Below the pieces are notes generated by a model. That model was not told the origin of the DNA and ran no database searches. It worked only from the letters and a program-made list of their open reading frames with translations. DNA of 52,147 bases, taken from an uncultured archaeon. Lineage in GTDB: Archaea; Asgardarchaeota; Heimdallarchaeia; Heimdallarchaeales; Heimdallarchaeaceae. This document shows positions 8,782 through 17,881 of this stretch, in pieces. Each line of letters starts with the position of its first letter. The first letter of the stretch is position 1. The stretch spans positions 1 through 52,147 of the forward strand of contig CAZJUB010000013.1 of the NCBI GenBank assembly GCA_964549075.1, read 5' to 3'. Position numbers and translations under genes: made by a program.

Positions 8782-10088
8782 AATTCAGTTTTCTTAACCT
8801 CTAGGTAACTCCAAACAGCATCATAAGCATCTTTTTCTAATTCTTTTAGAGTTTCACTCTTATTGCTGCGAAGATATTCTTCGATATAAGGTGTAATAAC
8901 GTTATTTAGACCAATTTCAATTAGTTGACTTCTATCAAAGTTGGAGATATCTTTTTTGTAATTGTTGAGTATTTTTGCTCCTTCATCCAACTGTTTGATT
9001 TCATATCTTGAACTCTTCACGAAGAAATTTTTCAAATACGCAATTTTATGCAAAAGTTCTGCAGATTTCAAATTTATTTTATGACGACCTTCAGGGATAA
9101 ATCTTTCAGCAGTATAATCTAAACCTAATTCATAGCCATATTTATACCCCTTAATCTCTGGCCAGACTAGATTAAATTCCTCGAAAACCTTTCTGTCTAG
9201 ATTCCCATATTTATCATTATTCCCATATAGTTTTACATACTTTGGATAAGTATCAGGAAAATACTGTAAAATTGTTCTCATAAATTGGTTCTTATTTCTT
9301 CCAGGTTTCAAAGTTAATCCCCAACAATAGATAAATTCCGCACCTGCTTCTTTTGCACTTTTATAGATGGTATTGATGTTTTCATCTGTATCTCCAATAA
9401 AAGGTAAGGAAGGGTAACAATAAACTCCTGAGTGAACTCCTTCTTTTCTCAGTTTACTAATTGCTTCAAAACGTTCATTTGTTGTACTAGCATTTGGCTC
9501 AAAGATCTTCTGCATTTCCTCATCTGCTAAAGTAATTGTGAAACTTGCACAAGCATACGTTTCTTCATTTATTTTTTTAAGTAAATCTAAATCTCTAAGA
9601 ATTAGCGTATTTTTAGTCAAAAAGAAAACTGGGATTCTATATTCGTAAGCAAGTTCTAGTAGCCTCCTAGTCACCTTAATTTTTTCTTCAGCTGGTTGAT
9701 AAACATCACAAACACCTCCTCCAATAAAGAGAATAAATTTACCTTTCGATTTATTATCAGCTGAATCTCTCAGATTTGGATAATAATCAACTAAAGTTGA
9801 TGTTTTCTCACGATTAATTGGAAAGAAACCTTTCTTATTTAGATATTGCTCTAATAATTCTGGTGCATTTTTCTTTACTCTGATTCTTGTACCAAAATCA
9901 TCATGCATATAGTAACCTTCTGATTTACCATCGCAATACACACAATCATGATAACAACCTTGATAGGGATTAAGATAAACTTCAGCCCAAGAGAAAAGGG
10001 ATATTCTTGCAGTTCGAACTAAAGATTTAGCTTCATATTCTTCGATGATCATAGTGAAACCATTTTTACAGATTTTGATACTTTTCAA
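8778..10088 (-). CDS. Radical SAM protein (SplB-like/Rv2578c-like)
   Basis: LNPYQGCYHDCVYC (CxxxCxxC), DVYQPAE, LTKNTLILRD, FEPNAST; likely start ATG 10052. Confidence 0.88.
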   Translation of the reverse strand: MKSIKICKNGFTMIIEEYEAKSLVRTARISLFSWAEVYLNPYQGCYHDCVYCDGKSEGYYMHDDFGTRIRVKKNAPELLEQYLNKKGFFPINREKTSTLVDYYPNLRDSADNKSKGKFILFIGGGVCDVYQPAEEKIKVTRRLLELAYEYRIPVFFLTKNTLILRDLDLLKKINEETYACASFTITLADEEMQKIFEPNASTTNERFEAISKLRKEGVHSGVYCYPSLPFIGDTDENINTIYKSAKEAGAEFIYCWGLTLKPGRNKNQFMRTILQYFPDTYPKYVKLYGNNDKYGNLDRKVFEEFNLVWPEIKGYKYGYELGLDYTAERFIPEGRHKINLKSAELLHKIAYLKNFFVKSSRYEIKQLDEGAKILNNYKKDISNFDRSQLIEIGLNNVITPYIEEYLRSNKSETLKELEKDAYDAVWSYLEVKKTEF

Positions 10089-10138
10089 TATAAATAATCA
10101 CATATCAAATAAGAATTTATGCAAAAAATGAGAGAAAA

Positions 10139-10591
10139 TTAGTAAGTAATTCCATGTTCAAGATAGTATTTCAAGATTGTTAGAGTTTCACCCCAACTAG
10201 TTGCATTAGAAAGCAATATTTTTCTACCTTCAGAGGTGTTTTTAAAACCATGCTCTTGAACAAAAATTATTGTTCCTTCATGAGCATAATCAAGCTTAAA
10301 ATGAACAGTTGTATAATATGTATCATTATCAGGTTGCCATTTGAATGCAAAATGATATGGTCTGATAAATTCTGTTATTATTCCTTTGTCTTCAGAAATT
10401 ATTTCTCTATTATTAGCATCCTTTGTTTTCCTTCTGAAATAGATAGTACCTCCAATAGTATTATCAACTACTGCACCTTTAGTAAACCATTCATCTAAGC
10501 CTTCTGCTGTTGATATAGAATCATACACTTTTTCAATAGAAGCTTTAATTATTGTTGAATGAGAGATTTCAGTATCAAAAATTTCTGACAT
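10139..10591 (-). CDS. SRPBCC (AHSA1-like) domain protein
   Basis: IKASIEKVYDSISTAEGLDEWF ... GWGETLTILKYYLE-type C-terminal helix. Confidence 0.9.
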   Translation of the reverse strand: MSEIFDTEISHSTIIKASIEKVYDSISTAEGLDEWFTKGAVVDNTIGGTIYFRRKTKDANNREIISEDKGIITEFIRPYHFAFKWQPDNDTYYTTVHFKLDYAHEGTIIFVQEHGFKNTSEGRKILLSNATSWGETLTILKYYLEHGITY

Positions 10592-10819
10592 TATTATCAG
10601 TAAGAAATTATTTCTTTATTTTTTAACTTATTATATTGAACAAAAATTTTGTTTCTTAACGAAATTATTCGCTTCGAATAGTCATTAATAGAATTTAACA
10701 TCGAACTTAGTATCAGCTAATAATCTTAAATTAAAGTAGTGTTTACCAAAGTTGAGTTTTTTTCACGATTAATACTAAATTAGCCTATTCTGAAGCTATG
10801 AAGAAAATTGGTAGAAGCC

Positions 10820-11272
10820 TTAATAGGTTATACCATGTTCCAGATAGAATTTTAGCAGTGTCAAAGCTTCTCCCCAGCCAGTAGCACATGCTAACATAGC
10901 TTTTCTTCCTGTTGGAGTATTTTCAAATCCTGATTCTTGGACTTTGATAATTGTTCCTTTATCAGTTTCATCTAGCTTAATGTGAACAGTTGTAGCATAT
11001 GATTTATTATCCGGATGCCATTGAAAAGCAAAATGAGTCGGTCTAGTTACTTCAATAACGGGTCCTCCATCTTCAATCACTCCATTCTGCACATCAGCTC
11101 GTTCTGATTCCCATCTAAACAGGATTTTTCCACCTTTCCTCCTATGTACTTCTGCTCCTTGTGTAAACCACTCATCTAGTCCTTCTGATGTTGATATCGC
11201 ATCATATACTCGTTCAATTGGAGCTTTAATAATAGTTGAATGAATAATTTCGGTATCGAAAATCTTAGCCAT
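10820..11272 (-). CDS. SRPBCC (AHSA1-like) domain protein, tandem paralog
   Basis: IKAPIERVYDAISTSEGLDEWF ... GWGEALTLLKFYLEHGITY; start set to ATG 11272 by alignment with the paralog. Confidence 0.9.
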   Translation of the reverse strand: MAKIFDTEIIHSTIIKAPIERVYDAISTSEGLDEWFTQGAEVHRRKGGKILFRWESERADVQNGVIEDGGPVIEVTRPTHFAFQWHPDNKSYATTVHIKLDETDKGTIIKVQESGFENTPTGRKAMLACATGWGEALTLLKFYLEHGITY

Positions 11273-11383
11273 TTTAATCAAAAATATTTCTCATTTTTAT
11301 TTTTAACTTATTATGTTGGACAAAAATTCCCTTTTTATAGCGAAAACATTCGGTTTAAATATCATTCTTGCTGTGTGAGGTTC

Positions 11384-13735
11384 GTGTCTTCTAAGAAAGT
11401 TATTCAGATTTCAGTTCGAAATTTAGTAGAATATGTATTTCGTAAAGGAGATATTTCCTTAGGTTACTTTGGGAGATCACGATTATTAGAAGGTACTAAA
11501 GCTCATCAAAAAGTTCAGAAAAAAAGAGGTAAGGGGTATAGAAAAGAAGTAGTAATCTCCGACAAAATAGAAAGAAAAAAAACCATTTTATTATTAACAG
11601 GTAGAATTGATGGTATTTTTGAAGAGAATGGTAAAACAATTGTTGAAGAAATTAAGAGTACAGGAGGTAATTTAGCTCATCTCACTCAGCAATCCAATCC
11701 TAGCTATTGGGCTCAAGCTAAAATTTATGCATATATCTATGCCTTACAAAACAATCTACTGACTATAACTATACAATTAACGTATTTTCAGATAGATCAA
11801 AAAAGTACTCGCTCGTTTCAACAGGAATTCAATTTTGGTGAGTTGAGAGCTTTCATTGAGGAAACAGCAGATAAATATCTAGATTGGGCTAACACTCTTG
11901 CTGATTGGTTAGTTAAGAGAAACAGATCAGTTAAGTCACTAGCTTTTCCATTTGATAATTTTCGTAAAGGTCAAGATAAGATGGTTAAAATCGTAGGTGA
12001 GGTAATCGATAACAACAAAAAACTATTCTGTCAAGCTCCAACGGGAATTGGTAAAACAATAGGAGCACTTTATCCTGCAGTTCAGAAACTCGGAATGGAT
12101 TTTGATTCAAAAATCTTTTATCTTACAGCAAAAACAACAACTAGATTCATAGTGGAAGAAACATTAGATATACTAAGGAATTCAGGTGTAAAGATCAAAT
12201 CTACAACAATAACCGCAAAAGCTAAAATTTGTTTTAAAGAAGAGGTAATTTGTGATCCAAATTATTGTGAGTATGCAAATGGGCATTTTAATAGAATAAA
12301 CGAAGCTTTGAAGGATATCTATAAAGAAGATTCCTTTAAAAAAGAAATAATTGAAGAATATGCTCGAAAGCACAAAATATGTCCTTTCGAATTTTCTTTA
12401 GATTTAACCAATTGGTCCGATTGCATAATTTGTGATTATAATTATGTTTTTGATCCTAGAGTATATCTAAAAAGGTATTTTCTAGAAGACAAAGGAGACT
12501 TCGTTTTTTTGATAGATGAAGCTCACAACTTAGTTGATAGAGCTCGTGAAATGTTTTCAGCAGAACTACAAAAACAACCTGTTTTAGAGCTCTATAGAAA
12601 AACAAAAAACAAATTACCAGCAATTTCGAAGATACTCAAACAGATAAACCAATACATGGTAACAAAGCGAAAACTATGCCAATTACTTGGAGGTAATATT
12701 CTTATTCAAAAAGAATTGCTAGAAGAGTCCTTTTTCAAGTTGTTAAGAAAGTTCTCAATTGCTGCAAATGAGTGGTTAGAAGAGAATATAATAACTGATT
12801 TTCGTGATGATTTTGTTGAATTTTATTTTAATGTTAGAACGTTCCTAAAAGTTGCAGAAGATTATGATAAACGTTTTATCACATATATCAGAAAATATGG
12901 TAACAATATTATAATAAAGCAATTTTGTTTAGATCCTTCATATCTTCTAAAAGAAGCGCTTAATAGAGGAAATTCTGCTATTTTCTATTCTGCTACACTT
13001 ACTCCTCTCGAATATTTTAAAGAGCTACTTGGAGGAGATAAGACTAGTTCAAAACTTCTTCTTCCTTCACCTTTTCCAAAAGAAAATTTCTGTTTAATGT
13101 TAACTGATGGAATCTCTACTAGATATATTGATAGAGAAAAAACTTACGAAGATATTGCAGAATTAATTGGAAAAACTATAAATGCTAAAGTAGGTAATTA
13201 TCTAGTCTTTTCTCCATCCTATGAATACTTGGAAGCAATTCTAAAGGAGTTTATTCCCAAGCAGAAAGAGATCGATATTATTGTACAGGAACAAAATATG
13301 ACTGAAGAAGAAAGAACAAAGTTTTTAGATAAATTTTCTATGTTTGGCGAAAAGACGCTTGTAGGTTTTGCAGTTATGGGAGGAATTTTTGGTGAAGGCA
13401 TTGATCTTATAGGTGAAAAACTTTCAGGAGCAATTATAGTAGGAGTTGGTCTTCCCAAAGTAAGTCCAGAAAGAGATATGATCAAAGAATATTTCGATAA
13501 ACTCAATAATAGAGGATTTCTTTTTGCTTATACATATCCTGGTATGAATAAAGTTCTACAGGCAGCAGGTAGAGTAATTAGAACTGAAGAAGACAAAGGA
13601 GCTGTTCTTCTGATTGGAGAAAGATACTCTACAAGAACATACTCTGTGTTATTTCCAGATGCGTGGTCAGAAATACAAAGAGTATTCGACAGTATAAGTT
13701 TGACAACAATACTCAGAGAATTCTGGAAAGAATAA
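11384..13735 (+). CDS. Rad3/DinG/XPD-family Fe-S DNA helicase with N-terminal PD-(D/E)XK nuclease domain
   Basis: N-terminal GTKAH..GRIDG..EEIKST..AQAKIY; Q motif RKGQ, Walker A APTGIGKT, four Cys (KICF, ICD..YC, ICPF), DEAH, SATL, QAAGRVIR. Start moved to GTG 11384 (GTGAGG RBS) to avoid overlapping the divergent gene. Confidence 0.9.
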   Translation: MSSKKVIQISVRNLVEYVFRKGDISLGYFGRSRLLEGTKAHQKVQKKRGKGYRKEVVISDKIERKKTILLLTGRIDGIFEENGKTIVEEIKSTGGNLAHLTQQSNPSYWAQAKIYAYIYALQNNLLTITIQLTYFQIDQKSTRSFQQEFNFGELRAFIEETADKYLDWANTLADWLVKRNRSVKSLAFPFDNFRKGQDKMVKIVGEVIDNNKKLFCQAPTGIGKTIGALYPAVQKLGMDFDSKIFYLTAKTTTRFIVEETLDILRNSGVKIKSTTITAKAKICFKEEVICDPNYCEYANGHFNRINEALKDIYKEDSFKKEIIEEYARKHKICPFEFSLDLTNWSDCIICDYNYVFDPRVYLKRYFLEDKGDFVFLIDEAHNLVDRAREMFSAELQKQPVLELYRKTKNKLPAISKILKQINQYMVTKRKLCQLLGGNILIQKELLEESFFKLLRKFSIAANEWLEENIITDFRDDFVEFYFNVRTFLKVAEDYDKRFITYIRKYGNNIIIKQFCLDPSYLLKEALNRGNSAIFYSATLTPLEYFKELLGGDKTSSKLLLPSPFPKENFCLMLTDGISTRYIDREKTYEDIAELIGKTINAKVGNYLVFSPSYEYLEAILKEFIPKQKEIDIIVQEQNMTEEERTKFLDKFSMFGEKTLVGFAVMGGIFGEGIDLIGEKLSGAIIVGVGLPKVSPERDMIKEYFDKLNNRGFLFAYTYPGMNKVLQAAGRVIRTEEDKGAVLLIGERYSTRTYSVLFPDAWSEIQRVFDSISLTTILREFWKE

Positions 13736-13743
13736 AAAAAGAA

Positions 13744-14334
13744 CTAAAGCTCTCCTTTAAGATAATTATGAATAGCTTCAGTTTTTGTAGATTTAATAAT
13801 CTCTTGAACAAGATTTTCAAAAGCTGTTTCGACATTATCACCGTATTTTGCTGAAGTTTCAATATAAGGAATATCATATCCACTCCATTGAGAAAGTGCT
13901 TTTGCATATTTTGCACCATATTCCTCAGGAATAGTTGTGTGTAACGAACCTCGAAGGTCATTCTTGTTCCCAATAAGAACCATAGGTACTTTCCTATTTT
14001 TATTGTTCTTAATTAATTCACGAACCCAATTTGCCAACTGTTCATAAGTATCAGGTCGTGTGATGTCAAAAACTAAAAGAGCACCTCTTGTTCCTATATA
14101 GAAACCTTCGCGGACTGCAGAAAATCTAGGTTGCCCTGCTAAGTCCCAGATAATCAAAGTGACTTCATAATCATCAACTTCGACAACTTTCGTAGCAAAA
14201 TCAGCACCTAAAGTCATCATATAATCCCTATCGAAAGTTTCACCTAGGAAGTTCTTTCTCAGAGACGTTTTTCCGACAGCCCCTTCGCCCAATAATGTTA
14301 TTTTAAATTTTTTAGTTTCCAGATAACCCACCAT
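13744..14334 (-). CDS. Rab/Ras-like small GTPase
   Basis: G1 GEGAVGKT, G2 TLGADF, G3 WDLAGQ, G4 NKND, G5 ETSAK; no C-terminal Cys. Confidence 0.93.
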   Translation of the reverse strand: MVGYLETKKFKITLLGEGAVGKTSLRKNFLGETFDRDYMMTLGADFATKVVEVDDYEVTLIIWDLAGQPRFSAVREGFYIGTRGALLVFDITRPDTYEQLANWVRELIKNNKNRKVPMVLIGNKNDLRGSLHTTIPEEYGAKYAKALSQWSGYDIPYIETSAKYGDNVETAFENLVQEIIKSTKTEAIHNYLKGEL

Positions 14335-14545
14335 TATTAGCTGTTTAATAATACTAGTTAGACTAATATATTATATGCCTTTTGGTTGTCTGATTTTTGT
14401 TCTAAGTTGAAAAAATTTGAATATTAACTCCCGACAAAAACCGTATGTCGTGACATTGTACATTATAAAGAACACTTTTTTGAGCTGATTAAAAAACTGC
14501 ATTACATCTTAGAATAAAAAAATTAGAAAGAACAAAGGATTCTTT

Positions 14546-15511
14546 CTATTTTGTTATAGGAAAGTATAATATAAATGGGAATTTACTCTCATCAGGTTCT
14601 CTCGGATTTGTAGTTTCTTCTAGACATTGATGTTTTCCGTATTTGTATATTTTACTTTCTTTGACCCACTCTGCAAGTTCTTTCCAAACTCTTCCTAAAT
14701 TATTAATTCCTAGACAATTCTTTGTAACAAATAATCCTTCAGGTATCACTTTAACTGTTACTTCATCATCCACCTCAAAGTCGTCTGGGATAGACATCCA
14801 GAACTCATATCCATAAGGATGGTCTTTATCAACAATAAACTCGCCTGTTTCTCTATCGTACTCGGGATCAGGATTGTTAAACCCAAATACTCTGTGTTTA
14901 TCTGGTTTATCGTATAATCCCAAGGGATTCGCCCAGGCATATAATTTAGCTCCAGCTTTAGGTTCAGGATCACCTAGAAATTCACCCATTGCATGAAATG
15001 AGACAACTCTCATTTCTGGTAAGGTCACTATTTTGAAATCATTTTCTTTTACCATTTTTGATTCACTACCTAATATTGTGTATTTATTGATTAACGCTTC
15101 ATAGCGTAACCTTAAGGATTCAAGCCTTTCCTTTTCACGAACTTTTATTTCCAAGAAGGTTTTAGCAGTATTTATCAGGACATCTTGTCCGTCAAAGGAG
15201 ATCTGATAAAGACCACGTTCTTTCTTCTCTATTAATCCACAATCAATCAAAATTGTAAGATGATTTGCAAGAGATGTTTTCGCGATTGTCATTGATTCTT
15301 CTAATTCACTGAACTCTAGTTCTTCTGTAAGCAATCTAGCAAGAATTTCTATTCTTGTCGGGTGATCTAGAGCTTTATGAAGGTCAGCAATCTCATCTAA
15401 AGATTCGAGAATGAACAATTGTATAGATTCGTTATTGTGGAATGGCATGTTTCCCATATTTCTCAACTCAACTATGTTCATAAGATTAATTCGGGGAATT
15501 TCTGAATACAT
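14546..15511 (-). CDS. ArsR-family HTH fused to GyrI-like small-molecule-binding domain
   Basis: KALDHPTRIEIL...SLANHLTILIDCGLI; C-terminal KIVTLPEMRVVS...FGFNNPDP...YGYEFW..IPEGLF. True start probably ATG 15457 or 15448. Confidence 0.88.
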   Translation of the reverse strand: MYSEIPRINLMNIVELRNMGNMPFHNNESIQLFILESLDEIADLHKALDHPTRIEILARLLTEELEFSELEESMTIAKTSLANHLTILIDCGLIEKKERGLYQISFDGQDVLINTAKTFLEIKVREKERLESLRLRYEALINKYTILGSESKMVKENDFKIVTLPEMRVVSFHAMGEFLGDPEPKAGAKLYAWANPLGLYDKPDKHRVFGFNNPDPEYDRETGEFIVDKDHPYGYEFWMSIPDDFEVDDEVTVKVIPEGLFVTKNCLGINNLGRVWKELAEWVKESKIYKYGKHQCLEETTNPREPDESKFPFILYFPITK

Positions 15512-15534
15512 GAATACATGAACAACTGAATAAA
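15503..15534. repeat. Four tandem 8-bp repeats (TGAATACA x2, TGAACAAC, TGAATAAA), probable operator
   Basis: Directly visible; lies beside an AT-rich TATA-like stretch between the divergent regulator and proS. Confidence 0.55.
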
Positions 15535-15608
15535 TATATGTCGGTACAAAATCAATCTAGACTGAATTTTTCTAAAATTGAAACATTAATAAACCCCTTT
15601 TTGTTCAA

Positions 15609-17093
15609 ATGCATGATACTATGTCAAAAGAAAAGATGAAGGGAATTTCTGTAAAGAAAAGTGAAGACTTTTCTCAATGGTATACTGAACTAATACAGAA
15701 GGCTGAATTAGCCGACATGAGATACAACATCAAAGGTATGGTACCGTACAGAGCATGGGCATCAATTACTATTAAAAGAATGTACGAGAAATATGAAAGA
15801 GCTCTTGAGAAAAAGGGGCATTTACCTCTAATTATGCCTACACTTATACCGGAAAGAAATTTCTTATTAGAAGCTGATCATGTTGAAGGCTTCTCTCCTC
15901 AAGTCTTTTGGGTTACACATGGAGGAGATAAAGAACTTGAAGAAAGATTAGCTTTACGACCAACTAGTGAAACAGCTTTATATCAGATGTATTCTCTCTG
16001 GATCAGGAGTTACAATGATTTACCTTTCAAAAGATATGTCTCTGGTCAGGTTTTTCGATATGAAGGAGGAGATACTAGAGCATTCTTTAGAGCAAGAGAG
16101 TTCCATTGGATAGAATCTCATGATGTTTTTGCAACTGAAGAAGAAGCAAGGCAACAAGTTATAGAAGATATGGAAACCACATATGAGATGCTGCAAGATG
16201 AATTTGCTATCCCAATTATCTTCTTCCAAAGACCAGAATGGGACAAATTTGCTGGAGCTGTTCATACTTATGCTGCTGATGCACTGATGGATTCTGGCAG
16301 AGTCTTACAATTACCTTCAACTCATTTATTAGGTCAAAATTTCTCTAAACCATTCAATGTAACTTTCATTGACAAAGATAATGAAGAAAAGTTTGGTTAT
16401 ATTACATGTTATGGTCCTGCAATAAGTCGCATTTATGGAGCTATGATTGCTTTATTAGGAGACGATCAAGGATTGGTTCTCCCATGGGATTTAGCTCCTT
16501 TGCAAATAGTTCTCATACCAATTTATAAGACAAAAACAAAAGATTTGGTTTTAGAAAAGGCAAAAGAACTATTGAAAACTATTCAAGGATATATTCCCGA
16601 TGTCTATATAAGACTTGATGATAGAGATTTCATCAGTCCAGGAGAAAAATTCAATGAATGGGAGTTAAAAGGAGTTCCACTCAGGATAGAAATAGGTCCC
16701 AAGGATATTGAGAATAATCAAATTATTAGTGTAAATAGAATTTCTGGAGAGAAATTGAAGGTTAAGCGAGATGAGCTGAAGAAATTCATCAAGGAATACT
16801 CGAAGAAATTTACAGAACAACTCAAGGAGAAGTATGCAGTTCAATTTGAATCTCAAGTCGTAATTGCAGAGACAATTGATGAAGTTAAAAAAGCAATTGA
16901 TGACAATAAGATTGCTTGTACTGGTTTTTGTTCTATAGATTTCGATGGTGAATCTTGTGCTGAAGTCGTCGAGAAAGAAGTCAAAGCCTATATCAGAGGA
17001 AAAAGAGTAGATTCAGAAACTAGAAAATTTGAGAAATGTTTAGTTTGTGGTAAAACAGCTCATGAGACAGTCTATATAGCTAGAAGTTACTAG
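15609..17093 (+). CDS. proS: Proline--tRNA ligase, archaeal/eukaryotic type
   Basis: FSQWY, LALRPTSET, FRYE..FFRAREFHW, HLLGQNFS, PGEKFNEWELKGVPLRIEIGPKD, C-terminal Zn Cys and ARSY. Confidence 0.97.
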   Translation: MHDTMSKEKMKGISVKKSEDFSQWYTELIQKAELADMRYNIKGMVPYRAWASITIKRMYEKYERALEKKGHLPLIMPTLIPERNFLLEADHVEGFSPQVFWVTHGGDKELEERLALRPTSETALYQMYSLWIRSYNDLPFKRYVSGQVFRYEGGDTRAFFRAREFHWIESHDVFATEEEARQQVIEDMETTYEMLQDEFAIPIIFFQRPEWDKFAGAVHTYAADALMDSGRVLQLPSTHLLGQNFSKPFNVTFIDKDNEEKFGYITCYGPAISRIYGAMIALLGDDQGLVLPWDLAPLQIVLIPIYKTKTKDLVLEKAKELLKTIQGYIPDVYIRLDDRDFISPGEKFNEWELKGVPLRIEIGPKDIENNQIISVNRISGEKLKVKRDELKKFIKEYSKKFTEQLKEKYAVQFESQVVIAETIDEVKKAIDDNKIACTGFCSIDFDGESCAEVVEKEVKAYIRGKRVDSETRKFEKCLVCGKTAHETVYIARSY

Positions 17094-17100
17094 ACAGCTA

Positions 17101-17120
17101 TTTTTTCTTTCTTTCATTTT
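17101..17120 (+). terminator. Oligo-pyrimidine terminator after proS
   Basis: TTTTTTCTTTCTTTCATTTT right after the stop. Confidence 0.55.
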
Positions 17121-17134
17121 AATGGATTAAATCT

Positions 17135-17827
17135 TTATAGAAACGTTAGTCCCAAGACAATTAATAATTGTCCAACAACATAGGTAAACATTGTAATAAT
17201 TCTTTCATACTTGAATTGAACAACAAATCTACCAATACCATTTAGAATATCTGAGATTAAAAATACCCAGGCACCTATGTATAATAGTATAAATCCAGTA
17301 ACTGTTCCTAAATTCAGTAAGAAAGTTGTACTTATACCCATAAATGTTATTACGAAAATATAGACTGTGACAGCTATTGTCATATCTCCTGTATGTTTCG
17401 TAAGTTTTGGTTGGACTATAGCTGCACAAATCACAAATGGTACTGCAAGAAATATACTCCACCATTGAAAATGACTAAAATCTTGTGCCATAATGATAAA
17501 TGCAATTATATAGAGTACATGTCCAAATAGAAAAGAGATCAAACCAGCTCGCAACCACAAATCCTTCTTTTCAGGATCAGGAATCATAAGAAAGACATCT
17601 CCTAAGAATCCCCATAGAAGAGCAGTTACTACCCACCAGTTAACTGTTAGTTCATTTGAAGATATATAAAAGAGAATTAAAAAAGGAATAATAAGTGGTT
17701 TCGTAATATATCTTATCCAGAGATATTTTAAATCATATTTTTCAGAAAGAAATTCTCCAAGAAGATGAAATAAAACTATGGCACCAAATATTGATATAAA
17801 TTCGATATTTGCATCAAACCAAGTCAT
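17135..17827 (-). CDS. YhhN/lysoplasmalogenase-like membrane hydrolase
   Basis: TKPL, GFLGDVFL, GLISFLFGHVLY, FLISD, TYVVGQ motifs; about 8 TM. Confidence 0.88.
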   Translation of the reverse strand: MTWFDANIEFISIFGAIVLFHLLGEFLSEKYDLKYLWIRYITKPLIIPFLILFYISSNELTVNWWVVTALLWGFLGDVFLMIPDPEKKDLWLRAGLISFLFGHVLYIIAFIIMAQDFSHFQWWSIFLAVPFVICAAIVQPKLTKHTGDMTIAVTVYIFVITFMGISTTFLLNLGTVTGFILLYIGAWVFLISDILNGIGRFVVQFKYERIITMFTYVVGQLLIVLGLTFL

Positions 17828-17881
17828 AGGAAATAAAGAAAAATGAAATTTATAAATTTTAGGCTCTCAATTGATTCTTGT

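Noticed and set aside
8778-10088. Radical SAM enzyme as RiPP maturase for the microproteins
   Set aside because: It is SplB-like with no SPASM/RRE features and is separated from the peptides by four unrelated genes.
11240-11383. Track's N-terminal extension of the helicase
   Set aside because: It overlaps the divergent SRPBCC gene and its promoter; a better GTG start with an RBS lies at 11384.
11384-11900. Cas4-like domain plus DinG as a type IV CRISPR component
   Set aside because: No csf/cas genes or repeat array nearby; it fits a stand-alone nuclease-helicase fusion.
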